The notes: a model not told the origin generated them from the sequence alone. Positions 43,230-56,584 are shown, numbered from the stretch's first letter. The stretch is 63,989 nt of DNA from Paraspadella gotoi (GCA_051294375.1 CM119270.1:19665741-19729729), one strand, 5' to 3'. Made by a program: numbers and translations.

Positions 43230-43269
43230 ACACTGATGAAGGCTCTAAAATGAAAGAGCCGAAACATGG
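43230..43269 (+). ncRNA. Hammerhead core, duplicate-assembly copy of 23835-23876
   Basis: ACA-CUGAUGA-A-GGCUCU-AAAAUGAA-AGAGCC-GAAAC-AUG-GUUUUU; perfect 6-bp stem II and the same 3' truncation point. Confidence 0.75.
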
Positions 43270-44538
43270 TTTTTCTATTCTTAAAAACTTTTATTCGGGG
43301 CTTTTTTTCTCAAATACAAAATCCCAAATTTAACATCCGAATTTTACGTGGATACATTTTAAAAAAGTGAAGGAAATAACTTATATTGACAATGCATTTG
43401 TCAACATATAAATCAAGCTATGTGACATTATTATATATGACAGCACTTTCGCCAAACAATATTGATAAAATTTTTAAAAAAATAAATTTTGTATTTATTT
43501 ATATATTTGTACTTTGAAACGGGTGTTGGCCACTATTGGCAAATTATATCTTAAAAAGGAGTTGATAAGAGAGATATTAGTCAAATTAAACTTACTCTTT
43601 GTTATTCTGATAATTTATTTACTATTATTAAATTTTGATAAATATTTTTTAGATGTATATAAATTAATCATTTTATCTATTTTTTATAAATATAATTATG
43701 AGTTGTGATACTAATTTATAAATTAATTAAATATCAAATATAAAATTTGACCTCGATCTGGGTATTCTTCTAAAAAAAGAACAAGCAAAAATTTCATTCA
43801 AGATTAAAATTTTTTATAAAATGAGGAAATAAAATTTTTTTTGATGTAAGTAAAAAAAAATATTTTGGAGTCAAAAAATAAATCATAGGTTCGGCTTAAA
43901 CTGAGGTAATTTTTTCAAATATAATATTTTGTTAATAGGAATTAATATTTGGTCATTTATTATTGAAAAAGTTTAGTTTTTTTTCTTCTGAAATAGGGGT
44001 AGCCCCTCTTCAATGGAGGTTGAATCAAAAATTTAGTATGGGAATACATTGCTCCAAACGAAAATTTTATGCAATTTTAAGTTTACTTCATGTACAAAAG
44101 TTTTTCTGGATGTTTGATTTTAATTAACAATTTTGTCACGTGAGACTAAATACGTTTCCAAGGAATTGAATATTATAAAAGAAATGTTATTAATGGGAAT
44201 ATCTAGAAAGTATTAGCAAAAGATAAAGTACACTAAAATATAAAAGGGGGGCGATAATTTGAAGGCTATGTCATACGGAGAACCATTAAGAAATTTCATT
44301 AATAACTAATTTTGACAATATTTTAATGAAATGACAATATTTTGATATTCGAACGTTTCTTTACTAATTGTAATATCCAGCATAGAAATGCAGTCTTCGC
44401 CTGTTAGTAGTTTCAATACTTTTTTAAAATTTAAAACAAAAAACGAAACAAAAAAAACGACACGTTTTTTCCTCATTGTTTTTCTTCGCTTGAACGAAGA
44501 AGCTTTTCGGGCAATTTCCAAATCCACAGATGCAGAGC

Positions 44539-44576
<38 letters not shown>

Positions 44577-44894
44577 GAAGAGAAGATTAAATATGAGGAG
44601 GAAGAGAGGAGAGCATGATTATAATGCGGCTTGAACGAAAGAAATGAATGAATTAGTCAGCATTAAACTCAGCGTTTTTTGCTTTAACGAACAGAAATGT
44701 AACTAACTATTCACTTCATTTGTTTTTTTCGCTTTCCTCCAACGCCGATTCCCATTCCCGATTCCCGATACCCTCGATTCCCGAATTCCGATCCCCGTCT
44801 ACCCCCCACCTCCCCCATCCACCCCACAATCCACCTCCCCCTCTCTTCCCCCCCTATTTGGCCGATAGATTTTCTCCTGGATCTGTTTTCTCCT

Positions 44895-45010
44895 CTACAT
44901 CTGCAAGCTTCCGCTTTTTGGCGCTCAAATCTCACAAAAAGACACAATTTCGTTCGCAACGTGTCGCCGGCCAGAGAGTCAGGCGGGTCTCGCCTGGCGG
45001 TACGCAAGTT
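44895..45010 (-). CDS. Candidate exon closing the C-type lectin domain (FVCEI motif); inverted copy at ~51135-51255 (+)
   Basis: Consensus of the two noisy copies gives ..RFVCEIERKKAKQLQ, resembling the terminal FxCE motif of CTLDs. Confidence 0.35.
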
Positions 45011-45054
45011 TTGAAAAATAAAAAAAAAGATCGAACACGGCGTCGTGATTTGAT

Positions 45055-45380
45055 GTTGCGTAGCGGCGTTGGTGATGGAGTTGGAAAGCGGCCTTTGGTG
45101 AATGGAGTTGGTAGCGGCGTTGGTGATGGAGTTGTTAAGCGGCCTTGTGATGGAGTTTGGTAGCGGCGTTGGTGATGGAGTTGTAAGCGCGTTGGTGATG
45201 GAGTTGAAAGCGGCGTTGGTGATGGAAAATGAAACGCCCGTTGGTGATGGAAGTTGAAAGCGGCTTTGGGATGGAGTTGTAAGCGCGTTGGTGATGGAGT
45301 TGAAAGCGGCGAGTTGGTGATGAGTTGGTAGCGCGTTGGTGATGGAGTTGAAAGCGCTTGGTGATTGAGTTGAAAGTCGC
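45055..45380 (+). repeat. ~22-24-bp minisatellite (AGCGGCGTTGGTGATGGAGTTG..); inverted copy at 50834-51100
   Basis: More than ten tandem units without unique spacers. Confidence 0.9.
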
Positions 45381-45419
45381 TTTCGGATAGAGTTTAAACC
45401 GAGGCGCGGTGATTTAGTT

Positions 45420-45570
45420 TACGGCTGGTCGTTCTTGGTGTGAGAAAATAAGCGCCGTATTTTTTTTTTCGGTGAAAGCGCCTTTGGGAAAGTGAAATGC
45501 GGCCCCAAGGTGGCGCGGCGTCGTCGGGCCGGGCGGCGTCGTAAAAACCGGCGTCGAGCCACAGAATTTT
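45420..45570 (-). CDS. Candidate internal exon of the lectin gene (frameshifted by read errors)
   Basis: GC-rich island after a T-tract; pieces ILWLDAGFYDAARPDDAA.. and GAFTEKKNTALIFSHQE in different frames; acceptor AG not cleanly visible. Confidence 0.3.
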
Positions 45571-46554
45571 GAAAAAAAAATGCGGCGGTCGAATTTTTTT
45601 TTTTTTTTTCAAAACTGCGTCGTTTTAAAAGGAAAGAGTTTTTTCCGATTTAGTCGATCTCTTGTACTCTTTTGTAATTTCGGTTCTCGCCCATTTAAGA
45701 AATATTGGTCATATGAAAGCAATTTTATTCAAACTACGTAGAGTAGGATAGTGTATAGAGTGCGTCAGCCTTTCAAAGTTCGCTTCCACTTGTCTGTGTC
45801 TTGCCCGTCAAAATTGTGCGTCTTAAAAATTTTCCTTCTTTTCCTTAATCAGAAGAATTAACCAGTTCGTCGTCGTCGTCGTCGTGTCGTCGTTTTTTTT
45901 AGCTCTCTTTTCTTTTCTCTGTGGATGGGCGCCTCTACGTCAAGGCCGTTAAAGGCTCGGTGGCTACATAATACAGGCTGCCGCCTAAAAAAATGTTTTT
46001 TTTTTTCTAAACCGCTTTATGTCGCATGTTCTATTAATCTATTTTAATTGTGGTGAGTCGGAAAACTAATAAAAAAAATTAAACAGCGCTATTGGTTTAT
46101 TTATTTTGTCGTTCTATAACGGAAACTGTAGGAGTAGCTTTTACACAGTTATTTATTTTGATTTCTTTTGAATCGCAAAAGCAAAAACAAAATCACATGG
46201 GAAATAAAAGAGAAAAACTAAAGAAAGAGTCAAGAAAAGAAAAACTAAAAGTAAAAAAAAACTAGATTATCACGAAAAAAAAGTTAAAAAAAAAGGAAGT
46301 AAAAAAAGGTAAGTTGCTCGTTAATTCGCCTCAAATCTCGTTTTTCGTCCTCATCCATTTCCTCTGCCATTGAAATCACCTTGAACGGCCCACCCGTTAC
46401 ACCTCACCCAGGGGACCTGGAAAAATCAGCCTCAATTTTCCCAAAGCCTCATTTCAAATCGGCCTCATTTCATCTTAATTTTAGAAATTATACTCGTTTT
46501 TTAGAAGGTTATTCATGCGTTTAGAGTATAGAGTAAAAAATCGGGTTACAGATG

Positions 46555-46735
46555 GGGTTTCACGTTTAGTTTTAGGGATTAGGTTTTAATGATAAAGGTT
46601 TAAGAATAGATTAGGACTTGGGAATTGGCAATTCATTATTAAAGGGCTTGGGGGTCAAAGATTATGGCTTTAGGGTTAGGTTACTGTTAGAGGATTAGGT
46701 TTAGGTTTAAGGATTTAGTTAGTAATTTAGTTTAC
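46555..46735 (+). repeat. Degenerate TTAGG(G)-like tract in the lectin-gene intron
   Basis: TTTAGGGATTAGG..TTAGGGTTAGG..TTAGGTTTAGG; a gap in the duplicate copy (52814-53046). Confidence 0.5.
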
Positions 46736-47009
46736 GAGATTGAATGTTTTCTTTTAGTAATATATTATTATCAAGTTCAGAAATTAAGAAAGGAATTGGG
46801 CTCTTTTGGAAAAGAGAGCCGACAATCTATCTACATTAACGCCCTCACTTTCCGACCTTAAACTCTGCATTATTCCGTCTTTTGACGCAAGTTAAAGCTT
46901 CAGACTTTTCAAGCTTTCTCAACTCTTTCCATGACAACTTACCCTAACCACATTTTAAGAAAACTCACACACTATCTGCTCTTTTCCCGCGGACCTGCCT
47001 TGAACTCAC

Positions 47010-47215
47010 CCTGCCAGGCGTTGAGCGCCCCCATCGAAAGGTTTCCGGGGCGCGATGAAACTTGTTACGCAGTGGTCGCCGTGCTGGATCCCAAGGGGCG
47101 GGCATCCAGCATGAATGTAGAGAGAGATTGGGGATGACGGCGCACATTTTGGTCAGGGGGAGGAAGAGGAGGAGGAGGAAGAGAGGGACGGCGACGAGAG
47201 ACGAGATCGATGCAT
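47010..47215 (-). CDS. First coding exon: signal peptide plus start of C-type lectin domain (noisy copy); possibly invertebrate contactin
   Basis: With indel correction reads MHRSRLLVAVPLFLLLLFLPLTKMCAVIP..ECPAPW..CY..; ends at donor gtgagt; same exon as 53078-53215. Confidence 0.6.
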
Positions 47216-48432
47216 TGTGGTGTGGTGTGTGGCGCAGTGTGCGGGAGTGTGTGGGAGTGTGTGTTTGTTTTTTCTTTGTTTGTTTTTTGTTTAATTTAGG
47301 TTGTTTTTTGTTGTTTTTGTTTTTTTTTTAAAGATTTGTTGTGAGATTAAAAAGAAGACGATTTGGTTTTCAAAGATGGTTTTTTTCTTCCTAAGGGGAT
47401 TTTTTTTTTAATTAATATTTTATAAATTTAAACTTTACTTGACGGAAAATGAAAACGTGGTTTGTGCTCGGATATTCAAGAGCGTAATGACTCGAATAGC
47501 TTTAGTTTTTGTGTTATGTTTTTTTTTCGTTTTGTTTCTATTTTGTTTCGTAATTTTCCAAAAACGAGGAATAGACGGAGATTTTTTTTTTATAATTTAA
47601 TTTGGCAAAGACGAGCGGGAGAAAAAGTTAATCGCAACTATTAACGGCGAATAATGAGGGAAAATAATTTGATGAAATTCGAGTAAATTTTACGGCGAAA
47701 GAAATGAAGACCGAACGGATTGAAGTTTGTTTCACGAAATGTAATTAAATACAAGAAATTGTGAAAGACTCGTGATCTCACTAAGAAGATGTTGAAAAGG
47801 ACGGTTTTGGTTTCAAGATTGTAAAAAGAGACGTTTGAAACAGACGTTTGTTTTGTTAAACAGATTCGTTAAAACAATTGAAAGAACGAGCGATAGTTAA
47901 ATTCTATTCGCAAAGGGACGCATGAGAATCGTTGCAGTTGGAAGAAGTTCATCAATGAGTGACAAAAAAAAAAAGAGAATCATGACTGACAATGTCTACT
48001 TTAAATAGGATGACGAAAAAAAATATTTTGTAACCAAAAAGTCGTTGTTTTTTTTTATTACAGGGTGAAACGACACGAATCGACGAAGTATGAAGATAAT
48101 TGATAATCGAAGTTGGTTGTGAAGATTTTTCACGATCCCGAAGACTTCTCACTTTTTTTTAAAAAGAAAGTGTGAATGAAGGAAATTCCCTCGCGACGAA
48201 CAAGTGAGACGAGTGAAGTTTGTTGAAGATGATTGTGAAGACGCGACTTGTGAAAGACGTTCGGTGATGAACGGTTGGACTCCGTCGCCGGCGAAACCTT
48301 TTTGCCAGCGCATCTGTGTGTGAAGACAAGAGAAAAGGAAAACAAATGAACATCGCGAAAGTGACTCACGCGTCTTGTGAGACTATACAATGTAACGTGA
48401 CGGAAATATTTTGCAAAAGTAGTGTAGTTGGG

Positions 48433-48524
<92 letters not shown>

Positions 48525-50022
48525 ATAGAGAGAGAAGAGAGAGAGGAAAAGACAGAAGGGGGAACTCCTTTCATATACCTTCATGACCTGCAGCAATCAC
48601 CGATGACTGAATATAAATTAGGGCAAAGAAAGAGAAAGAATATAGAATAAGAAAAAAAAGATTACGGCAAGAGCAGAAGAAAAGGAGAGCAAGAGAGAAG
48701 NNNNNNNNNNNNNNNNNNNNNNNNNGCCCGCCGCTCGTAATTTTGAATGTGAGGGAGGAATTGGGGTGAGGAAAGGTTAGTGAAGGGTGAGTATCTTCGG
48801 TGAAGAGTGAGTAAAGAAAACTGAGAGGTGANNNNNNNNNNNNNNNNNNNNNNNNNNNNNNNNNNNNNNNNNNNNNNNNNNNNNNNNNNNNNNNNNNNNN
48901 NNNNNNNNNNNNNNNNNNNNNNNNNNNNNNNNNNNNNNNNNNNNNNNNNNNNNNNNNNNNNNNNNNNNNNNNNNNNNNNNNNNNNNNNNNNNNNNNNNNN
49001 NNNNNNNNNNNNNNNNNNNNNNNNNNNNNNNNNNNNNNNNNNNNNNNNNNNNNNNNNNNNNNNNNNNNNNNNNNNNNNNNNNNNNNNNNNNNNNNNNNNN
49101 NNNNNNNNNNNNNNNNNNNNNNNNNNNNNNNNNNNNNNNNNNNNNNNNNNNNNNNNNNNNNNNNNNNNNNNNNNNNNNNNNNNNNNNNNNNNNNNNNNNN
49201 TCTCCCGCTCCCCTTCTAATATTCCAAAATTACATTCATAACAATTTACATTCATAAAAAGGAAGTTGATTTTTCGTTGCTGCCTACAAATGATCCATTT
49301 TTGCTGAGAGAGAATTTGGGTGGAGTCGGGNNNNNNNNNNNNNNNNNNNNNNNNNNNNNNNNNNNNNNNNNNNNNNNNNNNNNNNNNNNNNNNNNNNNNN
49401 NNNNNNNNNNNNNNNNNNNNNNNNNNNNNNNNNNNNNNNNNNNNNNNNNNNNNNNNNNNNNNNNNNNNNNNNNNNNNNNNNNNNNNNNNNNNNNNNNNNN
49501 NNNNNNNNNNNNNNNNNNNNNNNNNNNNNNNNNNNNNNNNNNNNNNNNNNNNNNNNNNNNNNNNNNNNNNNNNNNNNNNNNNNNNNNNNNNNNNNNNNNN
49601 NNNNNNNNNNNNNNNNNNNNNNNNNNNNNNNNNNNNNNNNNNNNNNNNNNNNNNNNNNNNNNNNNNNNNNNNNNNNNNNNNNNNNNNNNNNNNNNNNNNN
49701 NNNNNNNNNNNNNNNNNNNNNNNNNNNNNNNNNNNNNNNNNNNNNNNNNNNNNNNNNNNNNNNNNNNNNNNNNNNNNNNNNNNNNNNNNNNNNNNNNNNN
49801 NNNNNNNNNNNNNNNNNNNNNNNNNNNNNNNNNNNNNNNNNNNNNNNNNNNNNNNNNNNNNNNNNNNNNNNNNNNNNNNNNNNNNNNNNNNNNNNNNNNN
49901 NNNNNNNNNNNNNNNNNNNNNNNNNNNNNNNNTCCCTTCTCCTTTCCTTTGTTTCAAACTTTCCTCCATCAGTCCGACTTCACTCACCCTCGGCTCCATT
50001 ATGCCGATTTAATGTTGCATAT

Positions 50023-50060
<38 letters not shown>

Positions 50061-52639
50061 GAGAGAAGAAAGAAAGTTTTCCAGGATTCGATCTGGAATT
50101 ATTCCTAACGCTAATGTTTCTCGAGGTTGTAAAATGTTCCAAATGTCAAAAATATTAAAATTACGAATTGCTAATTGTTAGAAAAATGTTTTTATAACGC
50201 ATTGAATTTTTGACAATTTGAAAGGCTAATTGTATTTTAAACATCTTAGGTTTTTAGGACCTAAACTTTCCCGAGTTTAAAAGCATTTCTAGAGTTTAAT
50301 ACAAGCCATATATTTGAACATCAGACATGCAAACTGTTTTCTTAAAATTCTTAAAATTGTTTCGCCCCGAATTGAAGCTCGTATAGAGGAAACAACGCGA
50401 GGATTCGTTTAGAATTCCGAAAACAGTTGGATGGATTTCAAAACAAAAACAAAACCATGGCGTTGTCATTTTGTTTCATGGTTCAAACTTGGGCCGAATC
50501 TATAATGTATAACGTTGAAAAACTCTTTCTTTGGTCGGGAGGGGATGTTTATATGTTTATTTAGGGCAAAGCGTTACTTGAAAAAGGTTTTATCCTTTGA
50601 ATAAAGCGTTTTCGAATCTCCAATGAGAAAGAGGCATAGAGGAAGAGGAAAAGGAGGAAGATAGAAGAGAAGATTAATATGAGGAGGAAGAGGAGGAGAG
50701 CAATGATTATAATGCGCTTGAACGAAAGAATGAATGAATTAGTCAGCATTAAACTCAGCGTTTTTCTTTACGAACAGAAATGTAACTAAAATATTCACTT
50801 CATTTGTTTTCCTTTCCTCCCAACCCCGATTCCCGAAACGCGCTTTCAACTCCATCACCAACGCCGCTTTTCAACTCCACTCCCATCACCAACACACGCC
50901 GGCTACCAACTCCATCACCAAGGCCGCCCCGGCTTACAACTCCATCACCACGCCCGCTACCCCCAACGGGCCATCAACCAAACGCCGCTTTCAACTCCAT
51001 CACAACGGCCGCTACCAACTCCACCACCCGACGCCGCTACCAACTCCATCACCAACGCCGCTTTCAACTCCATCACCAACGGCGCTACCAACTCCATCAC
51101 CGACGCAGTGTTCATCTTTTTTTTTTTATTTCAAAAACTTGGCAGGGTGGTACCGCCAGCGACGCCCCCCGCCTGACTCTCTTGGCGGCGACACCGTTTG
51201 CGCGATTTGTCTTTGTGAGAGATTGAGCGCAAAAAAGCGAAGCAGCTGCAGATTGTAGTGTAGAGGAGGAAGAAGAAACAGGGATCAGGAGAAAATATCT
51301 ATTCGCAAATATGGGAATGAAAGGGGGAGGTGGATGTGAGGTTGATGGGTGGTAGGATGGGGGGTGTGGACGGGANNNNNNNNNNNNNNNNNNNNNNNNN
51401 NNNNNNNNNNNNNNNNNNNNNNNNNNNNNNNNNNNNNNNNNNNNNNNNNNNNNNNNNNNNNNNNNNNNNNNNNNNNNNNNNNNNNNNNNNNNNNNNNNNN
51501 NNNNNNNNNNNNNNNNNNNNNNNNNNNNNNNNNNNNNNNNNNNNNNNNNNNNNNNNNNNNNNNNNNNNNNNNNNNNNNNNNNNNNNNNNNNNNNNNNNNN
51601 NNNNNNNNNNNNNNNNNNNNNNNNNNNNNNNNNNNNNNNNNNNNNNNNNNNNNNNNNNNNNNNNNNNNNNNNNNNNNNNNNNNNNNNNNNNNNNNNNNNN
51701 NNNNNNNNNNNNNNNNNNNNNNNNNNNNNNNNNNNNNNNNNNNNNNNNNNNNNNNNNNNNNNNNNNNNNNNNNNNNNNNNNNNNNNNNNNNNNNNNNNNN
51801 NNNNNNNNNNNNNNNNNNNNNNNNNNNNNNNNNNNNNNNNNNNNNNNNNNNNNNNNNNNNNNNNNNNNNNNNNNNNNNNNNNNNNNNNNNNNNNNNNNNN
51901 NNNNNNNNNNNNNNNNNNNNNNNNNNNNNNNNNNNNNNNNNNNNNNNNNNNNNNNNNNNNNNNNNNNNNNNNNNNNNNNNNNNNNNNNNNNNNNNNNNNN
52001 NNNNNNNNNNNNNNNNNNNNNNNNNNNNNNNNNNNNNNNNNNNNNNNNNNNNNNNNNNNNNNNNNNNNNNNNNNNNNNNNNNNNNNNNNNNNNNNNNNNN
52101 NNNNNNNNNNNNNNNNNNNNNNNNNNNNNNNNNNNNNNNNNNNNNNNNNNNNNNNNNNNNNNNNNNNNNNNNNNNNNNNNNNNNNNNNNNNNNNNNNNNN
52201 NNNNNNNNNNNNNNNNNNNNNNNNNNNNNNNNNNNNNNNNNNNNNNNNNNNNNNNNNNNNNNNNNNNNNNNNNNNNNNNNNNNNNNTCTATTAATCTATT
52301 TAATTGTGTGAGTCGGAAAACTAATATAAAAAAAATTAACGCGCTATAGTTTATTTATTTTGTCGTTTTAAAACGAAACTGTAGGAGTAGCTTTTTACAA
52401 CAGTTATTTATTTTGCATTTCTTTTGAATCCAAAAGCAAAAAACAAAATCACTGGGAAATAAAGAGAAAAAACTAAAAGAAAGAGTCAAGAAAAAGAGAA
52501 AAAAACTAAAAGTAAAAAAAAACTCGATTATCACGAAAAAAAAGTAAAAAAAAGGAAGTAAAAAAAGGTAAGTTGCTCGTTAATTCGCCTCAAATCTCGT
52601 TTTTCGTCCTCATCCATTTCCTCCTGTCATTGAACTCAC

Positions 52640-52675
52640 CTTGAACGCCCCCCCGTTACACCTCACCCAGGGGAC
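52640..52675 (-). CDS. 36-nt micro-exon (VPWVRCNGGAFK), probably of the lectin gene; noisy copy at 46380-46416
   Basis: tttttccag|GTC CCC TGG ... TTC AAG|gtgagt; only frame 0 is open, matching the phase-0 donor of the preceding exon. Confidence 0.45.
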
Positions 52676-53077
52676 CTGGAAAAATCAGCCTCATTTTCCC
52701 AAAGCGCTCCATTTCAACAATCGGCCTCATTTCATCTTAAATTTTAGAATTATACTCGTTTTTAGAGGTTATTAGGTTAGAGTATAGAGTAAAAAATCGG
52801 GTTACAGATGGGGNNNNNNNNNNNNNNNNNNNNNNNNNNNNNNNNNNNNNNNNNNNNNNNNNNNNNNNNNNNNNNNNNNNNNNNNNNNNNNNNNNNNNNN
52901 NNNNNNNNNNNNNNNNNNNNNNNNNNNNNNNNNNNNNNNNNNNNNNNNNNNNNNNNNNNNNNNNNNNNNNNNNNNNNNNNNNNNNNNNNNNNNNNNNNNN
53001 NNNNNNNNNNNNNNNNNNNNNNNNNNNNNNNNNNNNNNNNNNNNNNCTCTTTCCCGCGGACCTCCTTCGAAACTCAC

Positions 53078-53215
53078 CCTGCAGGCGTTGAGCGCCCCCT
53101 CGAAGGTTTCCGGGGCGCGGATGAACTTGTAGCAGTGGTCGCCGTGCTGGACCCAAGGGGCGGGGCACTCCAGCATGATGTAGAGAGAGATGGGGATGAC
53201 GGCGCACATTTTGGT
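53078..53215 (-). CDS. C-type lectin domain N-terminal exon (clean copy, 5' part lost in gap)
   Basis: ECPAPWVQHGDHCYKFIRAPETFEGALNACR matches the long-form CTLD start CPxxWxxxxxxCYxF...(F/W)xxAxxxC; phase-0 donor AGG|gtgagt. Confidence 0.8.
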
Positions 53216-54624
53216 NNNNNNNNNNNNNNNNNNNNNNNNNNNNNNNNNNNNNNNNNNNNNNNNNNNNNNNNNNNNNNNNNNNNNNNNNNNNNNNNNNNNN
53301 NNNNNNNNNNNNNNNNNNNNNNNNNNNNNNNNNNNNNNNNNNNNNNNNNNNNNNNNNNNNNNNNNNNNNNNNNNNNNNNNNNNNNNNNNNNNNNNNNNNN
53401 NNNNNNNNNNNNNNNNNNNNNNNNNNNNNNNNNNNNNNNNNNNNNNNNNTTTTTTTTTTTAATTAATATTTTATAAATTTAAACTTTACTTGACGGAAAA
53501 TGAAAACGTGGTTTGTGCTCGGATATTCAAGAGCGAATGACTCGATAGCTTTAGTTTTTGTGATGTTTTTTTTTCGTTTTGTTTTCTATTTTGTTTCGTA
53601 TTTTCCAAAAACGAGGAATAGACGGAGATTTTTTTTTTATAAATTAATTTGGAAAGACGAGCGGGAGAAAAGTATCCAACTATTCAACGCGAATAATGAG
53701 GAAAATAATTTGTTGAAATTCGAGTAAATTTTACGGCGAAAGAATGAAAGACGAACGGATTGAAGTTTGTTTCACGAATTAATTAAATACAAAGAAATTG
53801 TGAAAGACTCGTGATCTCACTAAGAAGATGTTGAAAGACGGTTCGGTTTCGAAGATTGTAAAAGAGACGTTGAAAGACGTTTTGTTTGTAAACAAAGATT
53901 CGTTAAAACAATTGAAAGACGAGCGATAGTTAAATTCTATTCGCAAAGGACGAATGAGAATCGTTGCAGTTGGAAGAAAGTTCCATCAATGAGTGACAAA
54001 AAAAAAAAGAGAATCAATGACTGACAATGTCTACTTTAAATAGGATGACGAAAAAAAATATTTTGTACAAAAAAGTCGTTTGTTTTTTTTTAATTACAGG
54101 GTGAAACCGACGAATCGACGAAGTATGAAGATAATTTATAATCGAAGTTGGTTTGTGAAGATTTTTCACGATCCGCGAAGACTTCTCACTTTTTTTTTAA
54201 AAAGAAAGTGTGAATGAAGGAATTCCCTCGCGACGAACGAGTGAGACGGAGTGAAGTTTGTGAAGATGAATTGTGAAGACGCGACTTGTGAAAGACGTTC
54301 GGTGATGAACGGTTGGACTCCGTCGCCGGCGAAACCTTTTTGCCAGCGCCATCTGTTGTGAAGACAAAGAGAAAAGGAAAACAAATGAACATCGCGAAAG
54401 TGACTCCCGCGTCTTGTGAGAGCTATANNNNNNNNNNNNNNNNNNNNNNNNNNNNNNNNNNNNNNNNNNNNNNNNNNNNNNNNNNNNNNNNNNNNNNNNN
54501 NNNNNNNNNNNNNNNNNNNNNNNNNNNNNNNNNNNNNNNNNNNNNNNNNNNNNNNNNNNNNNNNNNNNNNNNNNNNNNNNNNNNNNNNNNNNNNNNNNNN
54601 NNNNNNNNNNNNNNNNNNNNNNNN

Positions 54625-54852
54625 CAAGTTCACCCACCCTATAAACATGACTCCCAGTGGCTCAAAGAGTGAATCTGAAGCCATCAGCTCACGACCTTAA
54701 ATTACCGGGATCGATCCCTTCTGGTGCCTTCACTGCGGGAAGCGTGAGGACGGCCGTAAATCGCCTCGGGGCCGTGAAAAACCCTCAACACTGGTTCCAA
54801 GCTCAGGGCCCGTTCCCTTGCTGCCGAAGACAGGGATAAAAATTTTCAGCCA
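54625..54852 (+). mobile_element. Unclassified GC-rich dispersed repeat, copy 2
   Basis: CCTATAAACATGAC..GAAGCCATCAGCTCACGA..CTGCGGGAAGCGTGAGGAC..GGCCCGTTCCCTTGCT..TTCAGCC, collinear with copy 1. Confidence 0.55.
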
Positions 54853-56442
54853 ACTTCGCGCCGTTTCCGCAGATAATTCCTTTTTTTAAATTGTTTTTAT
54901 ATTAAGTACATGCACTATATACTCTATGAAAAAATAATATAAGTTGGTTTTTGCTTTTAAAACTCCATAAAAAAAATCGCGCGCTCTCGCCGCTTCCCAA
55001 GTGTTAAGCAAAGAGAACTTCTCTGCCCATTTCTTATTCACAGAACCGAAGATTCAGCTGCATTCGTATTCAGCCAAAGTCTTTAGCAACATTTTTTTTG
55101 CTTGGATTAAATGAGGCAACAACCGGAATTCAACATTTCTATCTTCGTTTAACATTTTTTTTTTGGCTTAAAGAAATTGATGTTTTCCATAAAAAAAACT
55201 GAATTTAAATTAGGTTATTTTTCTTATTCAAACGATTTTTAAGTTGGTTTGATTTTGAATTCATTTTTTAAAAAAACGTTCAAAAATTGAACAAGAAAAA
55301 TTAGAGGAAGAATATTCTGGTTTTCTGTTTGACATTGTGACCGTCAATATTTATTGTCATCGTCGTCGTCAACTTAGTGGTTATTATCATCGTCGTGGTC
55401 GTCGTCATCATCGTCGTCGTTGCTGTCGATACCTTCGTCGTCATGGTAACTGTCATCGTCGCCTTTGTCGCTTTCGTAGTTGTTGACATCGTCGTCGTCT
55501 ACCTAAACAGTCCTTATGAGTCTTGACTCGAAATAGCGCTAAAACAAATTTGTAGACAAAAGAGAAGAAAATAAACAGGAAGAAAAAANNNNNNNNNNNN
55601 NNNNNNNNNNNNNNNNNNNNNNNNNNNNNNNNNNNNNNNNNNNNNNNNNNNNNNNNNNNNNNNNNNNNNNNNNNNNNNNNNNNNNNNNNNNNNNNNNNNN
55701 NNNNNNNNNNNNNNNNNNNNNNNNNNNNNNNNNNNNNNNNNNNNNNNNNNNNNNNNNNNNNNNNNNNNNNNNNNNNNNNNNNNNNNNNNNNNNNNNNNNN
55801 NNNNNNNNNNNNNNNNNNNNNNNNNNNNNNNNNNNNNNNNNNNNNTGGCAAAGAACCGAGAAAAAAATGGGAACTATACTGAAGGAAAAAGCAGAGAAAA
55901 TTTAAATTAAGAAAAAACGTTGAAAAGTCAGAGGCGCCGCGACGGGAGAAAAAAGGCGCCGGGAAAAGAGGGCGCGCGAAAAGCGGCGCCTAGAATATAA
56001 AGAACCTCCGCCATTTTTGAAAAGGAAGGCGGAAAAGTCGTAAAATTGAGAGAGNNNNNNNNNNNNNNNNNNNNNNNNNNNNNNNNNNNNNNNNNNNNNN
56101 NNNNNNNNNNNNNNNNNNNNNNNNNNNNNNNNNNNNNNNNNNNNNNNNNNNNNNNNNNNNNNNNNNNNNNNNNNNNNNNNNNNNNNNNNNNNNNNNNNNN
56201 NNNNNNNNNNNNNNNNNNNNNNNNNNNNNNNNNNNNNNNNNNNNNNNNNNNNNNNNNNNNNNNNNNNNNNNNNNNNNNNNNNNNNNNNNNNNNNNNNNNN
56301 NNNNNNNNNNNNNNNNNNNNGAGAGAGAGAGAGAGTGAGACGCGAACTCGTTTCGGTTAAATGTGGCGACAAATGCATTATTCCGAAAGGATTGACGAAA
56401 CTGGGAAGTGGAACTTGGAGTCTGTGAGATGACGAAGGAAAG

Positions 56443-56443
56443 G

Positions 56444-56504
<61 letters not shown>

Positions 56505-56545
56505 GATTATGATGATGATAATGATGATGATGAAGATGATGATTA
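56443..56545 (+). repeat. (ATG)n microsatellite
   Basis: Visible tandem array. Confidence 0.95.
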
Positions 56546-56584
56546 TTGTTTATTGCAGTCAGGCATTGCGTAAGTTCATCCCGC

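Larger units (their letters stand above)
42026..44100 (+). repeat. Block D: copy of 22646-24721
   Basis: Starts TGATATTCATTCGGGT right after a 25-N gap; collinear to TGTACAAAAG. Confidence 0.95.
50662..54426 (+). repeat. Block E: gapped copy of 44575-48388, with 50834-51375 inverted
   Basis: Same start TAGAAGAGAAGATTAA, same lectin exons, same end GTCTTGTGAGA. Confidence 0.9.

Noticed and set aside
45055-45380. CRISPR-like array (also 35278-35493 and 39990-40170)
   Set aside because: Units are contiguous with no unique spacers, no cas genes, eukaryotic context.
46555-46735. Telomere
   Set aside because: Short, degenerate and internal to an intron; at most an interstitial telomere-like tract.
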